Shown: piece after piece, positions 29,707 to 50,400 of the stretch
How positions within the stretch are numbered: the stretch's first letter is position 1
Layout: each line of letters opens with the position of its first letter
Assembly (NCBI GenBank): GCA_904063045.1
Contig: CAJFCJ010000001.1
Span: 1,984,001-2,048,000, forward strand
Source: Dimorphilus gyrociliatus
Taxonomy: Eukaryota; Animalia; Annelida
DNA length: 64,000 nucleotides
Direction: 5' to 3'
The notes under the pieces: generated by a model
Seen by the model: only the letters and a program-made list of their open reading frames with translations
What the model was told of the DNA's origin: nothing
The model's database searches: none
Translations under genes and position numbers: made by a program

Positions 29707-30422
29707 ATGTTGAGAAATGTTCAGTCCAAATTAAGACCAATTTTGGGTCCCAATAGTCCAGCTCTTTCGCAGGCTTTTTATCACAAAAAAGTAATATTTT
29801 ACGTTAAGATTGTAGTAAAATTGAAAATCATGCTTTTTCGCATTTCTCTATTATAGGTTATTGATCATTACGAGAACCCTAGAAATGTTGGGTCTCTAGA
29901 CAAGAAAAAAACTAGCGTTGGAACTGGTTTAGTAGGTGCTCCGGCTTGTGGCGATGTGATGAAATTACAAGTATATTTTATGAATAACAGTAATGTCCCA
30001 AATAATGGACTCTGTTTATAGATCGAAGTCGATGCAAATGGAAAAATCGTTGATGCCAAATTTAAAACTTTTGGATGCGGGTCAGCAATAGCTTCAAGTT
30101 CTTTAGCGACTGAATGGGTCAAAGGGAAAAATGTCAGTATATTACATATGAAAAGTATTGCGTGTAATTGACTAAAAAAAAATGATTCTTTTACGTTGCA
30201 GATTAATGAGGCAGGAGAGATTAAGAACTCTGATATTGCAAAAGAACTAAGTCTACCTCCGGTGAAACTTCACTGCTCTAGTAAGATCAACAGCATAGAG
30301 AAAGATATTTTTGATTACTATTCTAATTAATCTCTTTTATTACAGTGCTTGCTGAAGATGCTATAAAGGCAGCTTTAAAGGATTATAAGACGAAGAATGA
30401 GAAAGAAGCAGTTCGAAATTGA
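29707..30422 (+). CDS. ISCU: Mitochondrial Fe-S cluster scaffold protein IscU
   Basis: Transit peptide, then YHKK/VIDHYENPRNVGSLDK..VGTGLVGAPACGDVMKLQ/I..FKTFGCGSAIASSSLATEWVKGK..ELSLPPVKLHCS/MLAEDAIKAALKDY; 5 exons. Confidence 0.97.
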
Positions 30423-30942
30423 TTGACTTTAATAACATACATTTTGTAAATATGTTTAAGTGTCATTTTACCAACAATAAAACGGAAAGATAAATTTTCA
30501 CGGAGTAAGCAATTAATGATTATTCCATTATTAACGAGAGAATCATTTAATGTTTAACTGAGGAAATTCTCTTTGTTTCCATTACAATATCGACAGGCAA
30601 TCGACTTAAGACTATAGAAAGGTGAACGGAAAAGAGCAGAAGAGTATTTTTAGGTGATAATGACGTCAATACTTTTTTAGTCGCCAATAATGCTTTGCAT
30701 AGTGTGACATTAGCATTCAGTATTTCTCACTTGTTTCCAATTTTAGACAAAAATAGATGAAACAGAAATTTCATTGGTCAACAAGCGCGTATATTCTGTA
30801 TTCAATTTTATAAACTTTCCTAAAATTTTCGTATTGATATGATATAAGAAATATAATAACACAACATTTATACATGATATATAAAAATATGTACATGATA
30901 AATATAGCCGATAAATGGCTTTGTAAAAAAGCTAGCTGTTCT

Positions 30943-37687
<6,745 letters not shown>

Positions 37688-38789
37688 TTGTTTAGCGATT
37701 GTAGAAAATCTTGTTTTTGTTGCCTAAAGAATTGTACGAAAAAAATCAGTATCGTATTTGTCTTAAAATATCGTTCGTTTTGTTCTGATGCAATTTATAC
37801 TTATCAATATGAGAGAACATATTATCTTCCTAAAAGTTATTGATAAAAAGCTTTATGTTGGACTTTGTTTTTCACCTGGGTAAATTATATATACCCAGCG
37901 TATTAAAATTTTTGTATCTTTGTTTTTTTTTTTGGCCTAGGATTATTAAGTATAAATACTAAATTCACTTTTGCCGTTTTCTAACTTGGAGGTTCGTTTA
38001 TCAGTAAAAATTCCTCGCATAAATGAATTTGTTTAATTATTTTCTTTTGGGTCTTCATTTCCGTTTACTATTAAACTTAATAGATACCTTATAAACTCTA
38101 TATTAGGTTTGATAACTCGATATTTTACAATTCCCCTCATTTAATTAGCTATTTATAGCAATGGATATTATATGGTAGCTAGCTGTTCTTTGCACATAAA
38201 ATGCTCGCGGAAGCTCTTCAGAGTCTCTTGCCTAAAGGGATTAATATTTGATTAATTGTTACGTTATCTTAACTGAAGTGTAATAGTGGGAAGTTACGAT
38301 GTAATATGTAATTGCCACATATGTAAGTTTTCTCGCTTAATCAAAACGAAAAAAAGCCACAAACAACTTTCTGGAGACAAATATTTTCATTGTATAGAAA
38401 TAATGCGATAGGTATAAAGATTTTCATTCGGTGTTTGCTTAAGGCAAAGATTAATGAATGAGAAAGTGATTTTACTCCCTTAAAGAGATAATTTCAGACA
38501 GAAAATATATTTTTAACGTCATTTTCAAATTAACATACTAAATGTCAGCAACAAAAAATCTGATTATTTTAACATAAAAATAGCTATCAGATTCGCTATA
38601 TACAAGATTTAAGGACAGAAAGATTTTGTTTTAAAATGTACAGAAAAGTAATATTCAAAAAAATCAGTAAACAAGTATTTTGAAGCATAAAGAGATAAAA
38701 AAAACGAAGTGAGAAATTAAAAAAAGAAAGCTTTAGAAGAAATTAAAAAAAGTGTCATTTCTCTTAAATTTTCAGTTCGAAAGAAACTT

Positions 38790-40936
38790 TTAAAATACCC
38801 TTTTCCTTTTGGTGAGCTTTTTATACACATATGGGAATTTTTTTGGAGCAACCCACCCTCTCTTTTTAGCTTCCAATTTTTTTAGTTTCTTCTTTTTAAA
38901 GTCTCTTTTTTTAGCTATATCACTATCAATTTCACTATCAGATGCATTTTGGCTTTCTTCAACCTGTGGTGTTTCGTCTCTTAAAAAGGTTGATAATAGC
39001 TCTTCACCGCATTTTGTAGAAACTTCTTCACCCAACTTTTCTCTAACTTCAAATTCATTTGATTTAGATGATATGGAATTAAGTTTTAGAGCTGTTTTTA
39101 AACCGAAACGATCTCCGAAATGCGAAGTAAACAATTTATATAATTCAAAAACTGATGTAAAGGGTGAGTTTTTTGGAGCAGAATTCAAGAGTGGTGAATA
39201 TCTAGCATTCGTTAGTTTTCCATTATTCAATCTCAATACACGATTTTCGTATATTACAGTAGCCGCTTCCTGTCAGAAATGCAATTAACTAGCTAATAAA
39301 AATATTTTATTCAATAATACAAACCAATACAGCTGTATCTAGGTAAGAGAATTGTAAAATATCACTTTGGCTAATTAAACTCTCTTTAATATTCTCCATC
39401 TGAGATAAATAACGTCTAAATCGACATAATAGGAGATCTTCCATAGCCTGAGGGAGATATTTATTTATATTTTGAATATAATTTAAAAAATAGCTATACC
39501 TGTACTCCTAAAGCTATGAGCAATTTTATCGTTGAATAATGCACATATAAAGGAACGGTAAAGTCATCAAGGATATTTGTTATTCTTTCATTGACAATAA
39601 CTTTCTTCTCGGGAAAATATTCTTCACAATATCTGCAAATTAAATATGAATTTTTTACAACTATCACTTAAAGAGGAAAAAGGAAGTGTCTTACGTAATT
39701 ATTTTTGCCAGGACCAGAATAGCGAATTCCTGAGAATACTGAGTATTATTATTAATTTCTGTTCTACCAAAAACAGAATCAGCTGCGATATTAATGAAAA
39801 CTTCAGCCTAAAAACGTATAGGAAAGCGTAAGTAAAATATTTAGACATACAATATAGTTAAATATTAAATGATATATACTATTGGTTGAGGCTGAATGAA
39901 TAGAAATTTGTTGCATAGCAACGAATTTATAAGATGAAAGATTCTACTTCGAAGCAGATCATTTTCGGAATATTGAGAAATCTATAAATATTGAAAATAA
40001 AAATTAAACAGTAGTGGATATAAGAATTATGTTCAAATACCGTTTGCTTGACTAAAGTACTAAAATAAGGTATAAGTGGTGCAAGATTTCGATTCGTTTG
40101 CAGATCTTTGCAAACAGCCTTTTATATGAATAAAAATTATTATTAATAATTCATTTTGATTCACGGAACTTATTACCTCAAATAGACCTTCAGAATCAGA
40201 ATACAAAATCTGAACGATTTGTTGATAATACTGATAATAATGATTTCCCTTATTTTTAGAAGGTTTTACATCGATCTTTTGCTTTAATTCCACCCAGCGT
40301 TCTGTTAAAATATTTCTCCAATAAGTTATATCGAATTAAGATTAATTCATACACTTGGAGTTTATTCTGAGATATAGCTAGAATAAAAATAAAGATAATT
40401 GATTACCTTGCAAATTACTTGATGCTGGTTCTTCGACGGAACTAACAGATTCTATGACAGAAGTTAGGTTTACTTCAGTTTCCTTTGAGAAGAATAGATT
40501 CCCATCAAATGTTTGAGCAAATTCTAAATCATCATGAGGTTCATGTCCTAGAATGGGCTGAAGGAAGAATAAATCTTTTTATATTTCTGATGTTTATATC
40601 AATAGTTTGCTTACTTCAATGTTCATAACTTTTAAGGCTTTGTTGAAATGTTCGCCAGTTAGCTTGCCAGAACGTTCGTGTCTCATATATTGAGCAGCCG
40701 TCTATAAACATTAAAATATATCATAGTCGATTAATTTGCTTTAAGATGTTTAAATTATAATTTTCTACTTTTAAAACTTCTTGTAATCTGTAGGTAACAT
40801 CTATGGCTAAACTTGATAATAAATCTTTTGATAATGTGTCGAAACCAGACGACTCCGCAAACAATCGTACAGTTCTTCTAGGAATTATTGCATATCTTTG
40901 TTCACTTTCATCGCCTTTGTCAGAGCGCTCATCCAT
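38790..40936 (-). CDS. TAF6L: TAF6-like histone-fold/HEAT protein (TAF6L-like, SAGA subunit)
   Basis: QRYAIIPRRTVRLFAESSGF..LAIDVTYRLQEVLK/TAAQYMRHERSGKLTGEHFNKAL..PILGH; LFFSKETEVNL; HYYQYYQQIVQIL; TAF6_C-like LLRSRIFHLINSLLCNKFLFIQP. TAF6L versus TAF6 is judged from recalled N-terminal similarity. Confidence 0.75.
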
Positions 40937-41690
40937 AATGATTATTTTTTAAAAGAATTGAAATTAAGCCTTAGTATCCACCTAAAGAGAAAATTCGCCG
41001 ATTGTATTTTTCCTATATTATCGTTCAGTTTATGAAAATTATTTTCGTACTTTCTGTTAATATATATTTCATGGAGAAAAAAATAAAATTGTTACTTTTA
41101 ATATTATTTAAACAGATTGATACGAAAAAATTAAATTAGATTAGCTTTCAAAAATTTTAAAACAAGGAAGAGTAACGAACCTTTAATGAAAGTTTTACTC
41201 TTACTTCCATCCTCATCGACATCTTAAAGTTATTTTATTTTTCTTCCGTTTCAAGTATTTGCACTTGCGCAGTTCAGTAAAAAGTTTACACAAATGACTT
41301 CTAGATACTTATCTATGGTAATGGTTTCTTTTAATTTATAATTTATAAGCTAAAGATATTAAATATCCTTGAAATAGTAACTTGGTATAAGAGAAAAAAA
41401 TTAGCTAAATTAAATGGTAAAACGAACTATAAGCTTTTAAAAATCTTAACAAAAGGTTAACAAAACTGCAACAGCTATTCACAAGAACTGTTCATTATTG
41501 CTATAAATCTTATTTTCTATTAAATGTAACATTTTTGTTGCTATTTCATTAAATTGATGGTATTATGCAATAACTTTGGGTCGGCAGTTCAAAACCGCTA
41601 TAAAATGCAATATTACCAGTTTTTACGAATATTCTCTGTACATTTTGCGACAAACTCCACTTTTTTGCGCTTATTAAAATTAGCTTGACA

Positions 41691-43496
41691 ATGAATTCTG
41701 AAGAAAATGAAAATTACCAAAGCTGTGTAAGTTTTCCATATAAAAAAGTAGAGTGCTAGTTTTGTTCTTTAACTTTTATTCAATATATATAGATAGAAGA
41801 CGATGATAGTGAGCTAAGTATGGTAAGAAAGAATTCAAAAAAATTAACGAAAATATGCTAGGCCGAGTTTTTATGCCAATTGATACTTTTTAATTCTTTA
41901 CCTAAACTGTATTTTACAGGCTTCTCATGCAGTAGCGGAAGGCCTACAGTGTTATGGGTATGTTTATAATGTAAATTTGTATTGCAGTTCTTTTATAAAT
42001 CTTTCAAATATCGACAATAGACAAAGGTTTGAACAAATCTTACAAAAGTTTGAAAAGAATTTTTCTACGCTAAATGGCGATGAAAAGAAATTTTTTGTTG
42101 ACTTTAAAAATCATCTAAGAACTGTTAGTAAAGAAATTTTATTCAACTAAATAATCAGCTCTTTTTGCCTTTTCTTTAACTAATCAACTTTAATAGGTAA
42201 GAGATTGCGCAAAAGTCAATTCGGAATATTACACTCTGGTCTTAGATTACGTTTATAATGATGAAGAGAGTCTGGAATTTGTAAGGAAATAATCAAGTTT
42301 ATTTGTTGATGTTGAATTTCAGCATTGTCTTGTTTTATTGCAGTTCAAATATGACTTTTCTCGTTATAACTATGTTCTAAAATTAATTGCCCGTGATTGG
42401 TCGGAGAATTATAGATTTGAAAGAGAAGAGTGGTTTAATCCTATTATTAATGAATTATCCGAGGCTTTTGATAGGAATGATAGAGAAAATGTTAAAGTTT
42501 TATGCATTGGAGATGAGCTTTTAAGGTAATTTATTCATAGTTGTTATATAATCAATCCTAAAAATGCTTATCTTTTATATATACATGAACTTTATATTTT
42601 TATTAGGTTAGCTCTGGAAATTAGTAGAAAAGGCTTTCTAGTAGAAGGTGTTATGGAAGACATTTTGAAAATAAGTGTGATTTCTCAAATGAACAAATTG
42701 TATGTATTTGATCCATAGTTTATTAATCGTTCGCTTTACATTTCAAGTTGTCGTTTTAGAACTGATAAAAATGTCTTTTGCATCTATCCATTTATTAATG
42801 ATTGGAATAATTTACTGACGGATTTTGGACAGGTATTATTCAATAATATTTTCAAGGATATGTACTTTATGCCTGTATTACATCATTCTATAGATCAAGC
42901 CGATTAGATTTCCTGATACAACTTTTGAAACTGAAGGAAGTACCATCGTCGACGATGATTATCTCAAAGATGAGCCAAGCGTTATTGCAGCAAGATTTTT
43001 GGCTGATTATGCACCAACCGTAAGCCAAGGTACGGTAGGAAAAATTTTTCATTTCATTTACTTTTAAAATACAAAATATTCTCTTATCCGATTGTAGAAA
43101 AAGTAGACGCTGCTACTACATGTGGATATTTTAACTTATCAAAGAACGTTCCTTTGCTAATATCAACTATTCATCATATTTTAAAACCTGGTGGCGTTTG
43201 GATTAACAACGGTCCCCTCAACAATGATTACGACCCAGATTATCAAGCAAATTCTGAAAGTGCACATATGGATTATGATGAAGTTAAATCTGCATTAACA
43301 AAGCAAGGTTTTGAGATATTGGTAAATATTAAAAATTAGTTCGCTTTATTAAAAAGGCTAGTTGGATGTATCATTTTTACAGCACTTTAACAATGAAAAT
43401 AGTTCAACATTTTGCTACAATCAATACGTAACAACGAACGAATCGTATGAAATGCTATTTTTTACTGTAAAGAAGAGTTTATCAAGTGTCATGTAA
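41691..43496 (+). CDS. Carnosine N-methyltransferase (CARNMT1/N2227)-like protein with degenerate SAM-binding motif
   Basis: LIARDWSENYRFEREEWFNPIINEL; RLALEISRKGF; IYPFINDWNN; IRFPD; TIHHILKPGGVWINNGPL; YDEVKSALTKQGFEIL. These align by eye with CARNMT1 blocks RDWS, RLAWEI, YPWI, FPD and LKPGGIWINLGPL. Confidence 0.8.
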
Positions 43497-43722
43497 ACTC
43501 TTAATGAAGATAGATAGATAAAAAGAAAGAGTAATTAGTTAGTTAATTATTGTTCATTTCTTTTAAAGAGTATACATAGATACATGCAAAATGGCAAAAA
43601 TAAAAATAAATATAATATATAACTAGTTATATAAATATATGTAAATAAATACACGGGATCAGCACGCAGGGAACAAAAAACGTCAAATTAAAGATAAATT
43701 TCAGGGAGGAATTTTCATGTTT

Positions 43723-45682
43723 TCATGCGTTCTCACCTGCCATCTCTTCGGCGTTAAGCAATTCTATTTCATCCTCTCCACGATAATATGCTTTGTTAGG
43801 GCGACTATTTGATTGTCCTATTACATCTTCTAATGTATTTATCGTTGGCTTATTACAAGTTTCTTGCAAAAAGAACACTCCTATACCAGCTATGAGACAA
43901 AGAATGAAATACAGTAACCATTGAGGTGAGTTTTTCTGATGATATTTCTATAAAAATTTAATAATTAAATTATAAATATCTTATACTATTTTCTTACAAT
44001 TGTTGGCATAAGAGGTGCAATCATTCCACCAATTCTGGCAGCAACTGAACACAATCCCATCAAGTTACTTCTGACTATTGTAGGAAACAATTCGGCTGAA
44101 TATATGTAAGCTATGCAAAATGAACCAGATATCATCAATTTTCCAATTGTTGCAAGGCCAAACGTGGTCCAATTAGATATGTTATTATACGTAAGAAAAA
44201 ATAAGACGAATGATGAAACTGCGGAAATTATTAATGCTGCAGCTAATAATATTTTTCTGCCCAATCTAAAATAATAATTAAAATATATATAGTTGAATAG
44301 TTTTCCAATATTTTTTTACCTGTCAAGAAGAAGATAAACGAGTACGTATGCAGGAAGTTCAATTAAGCCTCCAAGACCTTCGTTAATGTAAATGTTTGGA
44401 CTAAAATTACCAGAGCCCATGGATAATCCATAATATACCAAACTATTTACAAACCAATTAAAGACAAGAATTAGAAAATGTGTTCTTAACTTTCCTATTT
44501 TTAGGGCAGTTAGAATATTTATAGATTTTTTATTATTAGTTTCTGGTTTCTAAAGAGAAGTATAATTTATTATATTAATTTTAAAAGAACATATACAAAC
44601 TTTTAATTTAATAGGAGCTACTTTTTTCCCATTTCTTCTTGCAATAACTTCCATAACGTTTTCGGCGTCTTCTACACGGCCACATGATAATAGCCATCGT
44701 GGACTTTCCAATAGTTTTCTAGATATTTAACAAAAAATTACGACTAAGCATAGTTGAATAATCTTATCAACAACAAAAAAATTAAAAGATTAACTTTGTT
44801 CAACCTACATGTAAAAGTAAACAGATAAAAATAGTCCTGGTAAACCAGTTATGATTATAAGTAACCTCCAGTTGTATATAAAATATCCAATAAACCCAAA
44901 AATGGATATTCCTACTGCAAAGGCTGCCTAAAATAAAAAAAATCAATAGATGATGAGTATTTTTCTTTTATTATCTTACTGCACAGAGCACTCCTAAAGA
45001 ACCCCTAATTCCTGAACCAACCGATTCTGTTAATACTACAAACGAAACTAAAATAGCACCGCCGATGAATACACCATTAAAAAATCTAAAATTGGAATTA
45101 ATACGTTATGCTAATAAATTTTGCCAAGATATCGAAAGCGAAGGAAATAAGAAAACCAACCTGCATACTGCATACATATAATAATTGAAACTTAGCGCTG
45201 CGGAATAGAGGAATAATGAACTTAGTATATTGACTAGTAACATTATCAATCTTCTGCCATATTTGTCAGAGAGAAAGCCGAATATTAAACATCCTGCCAT
45301 CAATCCTCCCATATATATTGATCCTGACATTTCAATTTTGTACCTATTTGAACAGACCAAACTCCACTATAAAAAGTTAGAATTAATAACAAACTTATTA
45401 AAGTTGATCATCTACCTAATTTAAACATATATATACCTCATGAGCAATAGTTGTATAAAATTCTCCTGGAAAAGTATATTTATTGCAAGTTTGATTGCAA
45501 GGCTGATGAATGTTTTTAAGATTTGGTTCGATACAAGCAAAATGCTCTGGCTTAGCTCCGACAAGCACATGTTGAAGTGTATTAAAAGCGCAAAACATAT
45601 GCAAGAACATTGTCATGAAAAACAACTTTTTTTGGCCTTTGCCAAATTCTCCTGTCTCTTTGAAAGCTTCTTCCAAATCCAT
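43723..45682 (-). CDS. SLC22-family MFS organic cation/solute transporter (SLC22A15-like)
   Basis: MDLEEAFKETGEFGKGQ; GCLIFGFLSDKYGRR; ESPRWLLSCGR; YIYSAELFPTIVRSNLMGLCSVAARIGGMIAP; C-terminal LQETCNKPTINTLED. Confidence 0.92.
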
Positions 45683-47405
45683 TGTTATTGCTGAACGATA
45701 AACAGAGTGTTTATGTCAGTTCGTGGCAGTTTTTTTATTTCCGCTTCCTTGATGGCGGGAAAAATTGGAGGCCTGAAACTATTCAATTTTTTGTATTGCC
45801 ATATTAAAATATGGCAAATTGATTCAAAACTATTAATCGAATTGTGATGTTATCTAATTTTCTAACAAAAAGTGTATGGGTATTAACACAGCTAAGCGTT
45901 TTAGTGAAATTAGAATTAATAATTGGTAATAGCACCTTATCAGTTCTTTCCTTTAATTTGATGATTATCAATGATTCTGACACATTTTTAATTAGAACTG
46001 CCAAAACATTAAAAGGCAATATTTAAAGTTATAAAGATATTTCACTTCTAATCATTTGTATTTGATGATTTTCATTGTTATTTTCGTATTTATTTTAAAT
46101 ATTTGTGAATAGTATATCAATTTCTAAAATATATTTCTCTTTAGAAAAATTCATATATTACAAGCGAAAAAAATAATAATTACTTGTATATATTTAAATT
46201 CAATGACAAAAAACATTTTTCATAGAGGTTAATTGAAGGTCGTTTTCGGTAAGATGCAGATTGATATCGAGTCCCGATAGAACAACATCAGCTGGACAGA
46301 GCTTGTCTTTGAAATAAATGTAAGATTGTTTTTTATTGTTTGAAAATATTTGGTAGTATTCTGATTTTTTAGGAAAATGTCTTCACTAGTTTATATTAGA
46401 TACTATGTAGGAAATTTTTTTTGTTAATTTTTTCTATCAACTCCCATAATACAGTCGTTGTGGGAATAATTTCCTTTAAGAGAATATTTAATTCGAGTAA
46501 GATGCACAAGGTAATGCATTTTCGATTGTGATTTAGCTTATATTAATTTAATTATTTATCTTAAGAGGGAATATTTAGATAGATATAACATTTTCTAATT
46601 GCTATTCCTACTCAATCAATAATATAATTAAAAAAAAATCAATTCTGATCTCTTTTTTAACCTTGCCATAAAGAAATTAGTATAAAATGTTATTAAATAT
46701 ATGTCCAAAAGACCTTCAATCTGGACTTGTTATTATTTGTTAATTTATCCTTGTACATGTATTGGTATACATATGTTTACAATTACTAGATTTATATAAA
46801 CACATAAAAAAATCCCCCCCAGCAATTCGTCAACAATTTAGAGCCAAAATACGATATAAAGTTTGCAACAGTATAAAACATATTGCCAAAAGAAAAAACT
46901 ACTATACGTATAGTTTTTGTCTTAAGTTGTTAATTCACTTTTCTCGTTCAACTAGATACTCTTACTAATTACTCTTTTCTATATAACTCTTTGTTATTTT
47001 TTTATCACCGCTACTTCCATAGAATTTTGGCTGCTATGCCCAGTACATCACAAAAAATTGAATTCGACCTATAATCTTTTCACTATTGAAGTGTTCTATA
47101 GTTCCTTTCTTATAGCTTTCATGATAAATAGATTTGATTTTTTTTCTATAGCAATATGTTGATATCTATATTTTCTCTAACAAAATTTCATCGATTACAA
47201 TTTATTATCTTTCTGTTTAGCATGTCTTTGTTTTTATGTAAACTATAGACTTTTGTATTTGTCTTTTCTCTTATAGGCTTAAATCTGTTAAAGTCTAGTC
47301 CAATGGTTATCTATTTATAAATTATATTGAAAAAATTTCCTACTCTTCTTTTGCAAGCATATCTTTTTTTTTCATGTTTAAAGAGGAAGGAAGAATATCG
47401 TGAAA

Positions 47406-50400
47406 ATGCTTAGGTTACAACGGCACGTCACAAGATTGGGATTCAACAGATATAACCAATCGAGGAGACCCTTATCAAATGTAGCGGACTACAAGAAAGT
47501 CAACAAACTATTGGTAGCTAATAGAGGGGAAATAGCTATTAGAGTTTTCAGAGCATGCACGGAAATGGATATAAGAACTGTGGCCATATATTCAGAACAA
47601 GATATGCAACATATGCATAGGCTAAAGGCTGATGAATCGTATCTTATCGGAAAAGGGCTACCGCCCGTTCAGGCCTATTTAAATATACCAGAAATTATAC
47701 AAACTGCCCTAGAGAATGATGTTGATGCTATACATCCAGGTTATGGCTTTCTATCGGAAAGGCATGATTTCGCCCAAGCTTGTCTTGATGCTGGTATTAC
47801 ATTTATTGGTCCAAAACCAGACTCTATGAGAAGAATGGGTGATAAAGTTGTAGCCAGAGAAACAGCTATTCAAGCTGGTGTACAGGTTGTTCCTGGCACA
47901 CCTGGCCCGGTTAGAAGTGCGGAGGAGGCATATGAATTTTGTAAGGAAGTTGGCATGCCAGTTATTTTTAAGGCAGCTTATGGAGGAGGTGGTAGAGGAA
48001 TGAGAAAAGTATCCACATTGGATGAGGTAAAAGAAGCTTTCGAAAGAGCTTCTTCAGAAGCTTTATCAGCCTTTGGTAATGGAGACTTATTCTTGGAAAA
48101 ATTCATTGAAAGACCAAGGCATATTGAAGTACAGGTTTTGGGAGATAAGTACGGAGATGTTGTCCATCTCTACGAAAGAGATTGTTCAGTTCAGAGAAGA
48201 CATCAAAAGGTTTGTACAATATATTATACAGTATCTATTATATGTACACTGTCACATAGAATTTTAGCTTTCGAATACCCCATCGTTGAATCAGTAGCAT
48301 TACATAGGCGTACACGCCCTAGTAACTTGTCACTTATCAATACACTTGGGAAAGAGAATATTATTCCCAATATATGTTCATTTAGAGTGTAAATAGAATG
48401 AAAACAAAAGAATAATAGAATATAAAATCCTCTTTACCCTTGACAAAATAAGTACAAATATGATTACCTTGGGTGACCTTGAGATATTGATTAGTTTTCT
48501 CCTACTCTAATAAAACATTTGTTAACCATACAAAAGAATAGAGGGGAAGGAGGGAGAAAGCCTTCCTTTCCTACTTTAGGGGAAATATATAAATAGTTTT
48601 TACATATTTTCTCTCTAATTAACTGTTTAACGATCTTGTTATTATTTTTTTAACCGTGTGAAGGATGTTCTAGAAACTGGAACAATTGAAATATAATTTA
48701 CATTCCGTTTACAAAGATATTGTTTTCAACTATTGAAACAAAAACAAACAATTAATTTTATTAGTATATAGAGTTAAAGGACAAGGAGATATTCTCTCGG
48801 TTGTCAACAAAGAAAACCTTAAAGCCTATTTTCATCATATAAAGAGAAGATAGAAATCAATATTAGATATTTATCATATCATTTAGGGTGTATATTTTTC
48901 AATAAAGAAATTATCATATACGTGAGATAAGAAATAAATGAAAAAGCTCAAAGTTTCGCGTTATCAGAATCAAAGGTTATAAAATTTTCAAAGATAACTT
49001 AATTGATAATAAAAAATGAAATTACTAAAAGTATTTTAAAGGCTTATCATCCGTTGAAAATTCCGATAATTACATTTGTATTAGTTAAATAAAATACAAA
49101 TAGTAAAAATATGTTTATAGGAGGAAAAAGAAATCAATTTATCATTACTGAAAACGGATGAATCTATTTTTAGCATTCTTGGTGTTTTTATCTCCCTTCT
49201 TTTTTTTTATCGAACAAAATTATAAATGTTTATGATGGGAAATACGTGAAAAAATTTTTTAACTGGGTTGTTTAACGTTCGAAACTCCGAAAAATGTTCT
49301 TTTATTCTTTTTCGGAAATGTTCTTTTTAATCCTTTTTTGTTTATTCTATTCTGTTTTCCTTATTATTTAATAGCCTAATTCTTTCCACCCTGTGTAATA
49401 TATTCAATTTATAAATTGACTCTTGTCTTTTGAATTATTCAGGTGGTAGAGATTGCCCCAGCACCAGAATTAGATCCTATTCTTAGGGAAAAGATGCTGA
49501 GCGACGCCGTTAAACTTTGTAAACATGTTGGCTATGAAAATGCTGGTACTGTAGAATTCTTGTTGGACGAACGTGGAAACTATTATTTCATTGAAGTTAA
49601 TGCTAGATTACAAGTAGAACATACGGTTACTGAGGAAGTTACAGGAAGAGATCTTGTATACTCTCAAATAAGATTGGCGGAAGGAAGATCCTTAAAAGAT
49701 TTAAATTTGACTCCTGAACAAATCCAAGTTAATGGCTGTGCCATACAATGTCGTATGACAACAGAAGATCCGGCAAGAAGTTTTCAACCAGATACAGGAC
49801 GAATTGAAGTATTTAGAAGTGGCGAAGGTATGGGTATAAGATTGGATAGTGCAAGTGCTTTTGCTGGAGCAATTATATCACCCTATTATGATTCTTTATT
49901 GGTTAAAGTTATCGCACACGCAAGAGATCACGAGCATGCTTGTGCTAAAATGGAAAGAGTTTTAAGAGAATTCCGTATTAGAGGAGTGAAAACAAACGTA
50001 CCCTTCCTTTTAAACGTCTTAAGACACAAGAAATTCTTATCTGGTGTTGTAGACACTTACTTTATCGATGAAAATCCCCAACTCTTCCAGTTTACACCAT
50101 CACAAAACAGAGCTCAAAAACTTCTGAAGTATATGGGTGAAGTAATGGTGAATGGTCCCATGACACCTCTAGCAACTGATATACCTCCATCTAAAATTCA
50201 ACCTACTTTACCTCATCTACCTTTCAGTAAGTTTTTACAATAGTTAAAAGTTTCATTTATGACGATAGGAGTAGTGAAATACTTAATTAATTTAGCAATA
50301 GAAATCTATTACGTTTTCCTCTTCTTGTTTTTTAATTTCTAAATTATATCATTAAAAACAACAACATAGATTTAAACAAGCAAAAAGGTAAGAGTTCCTT

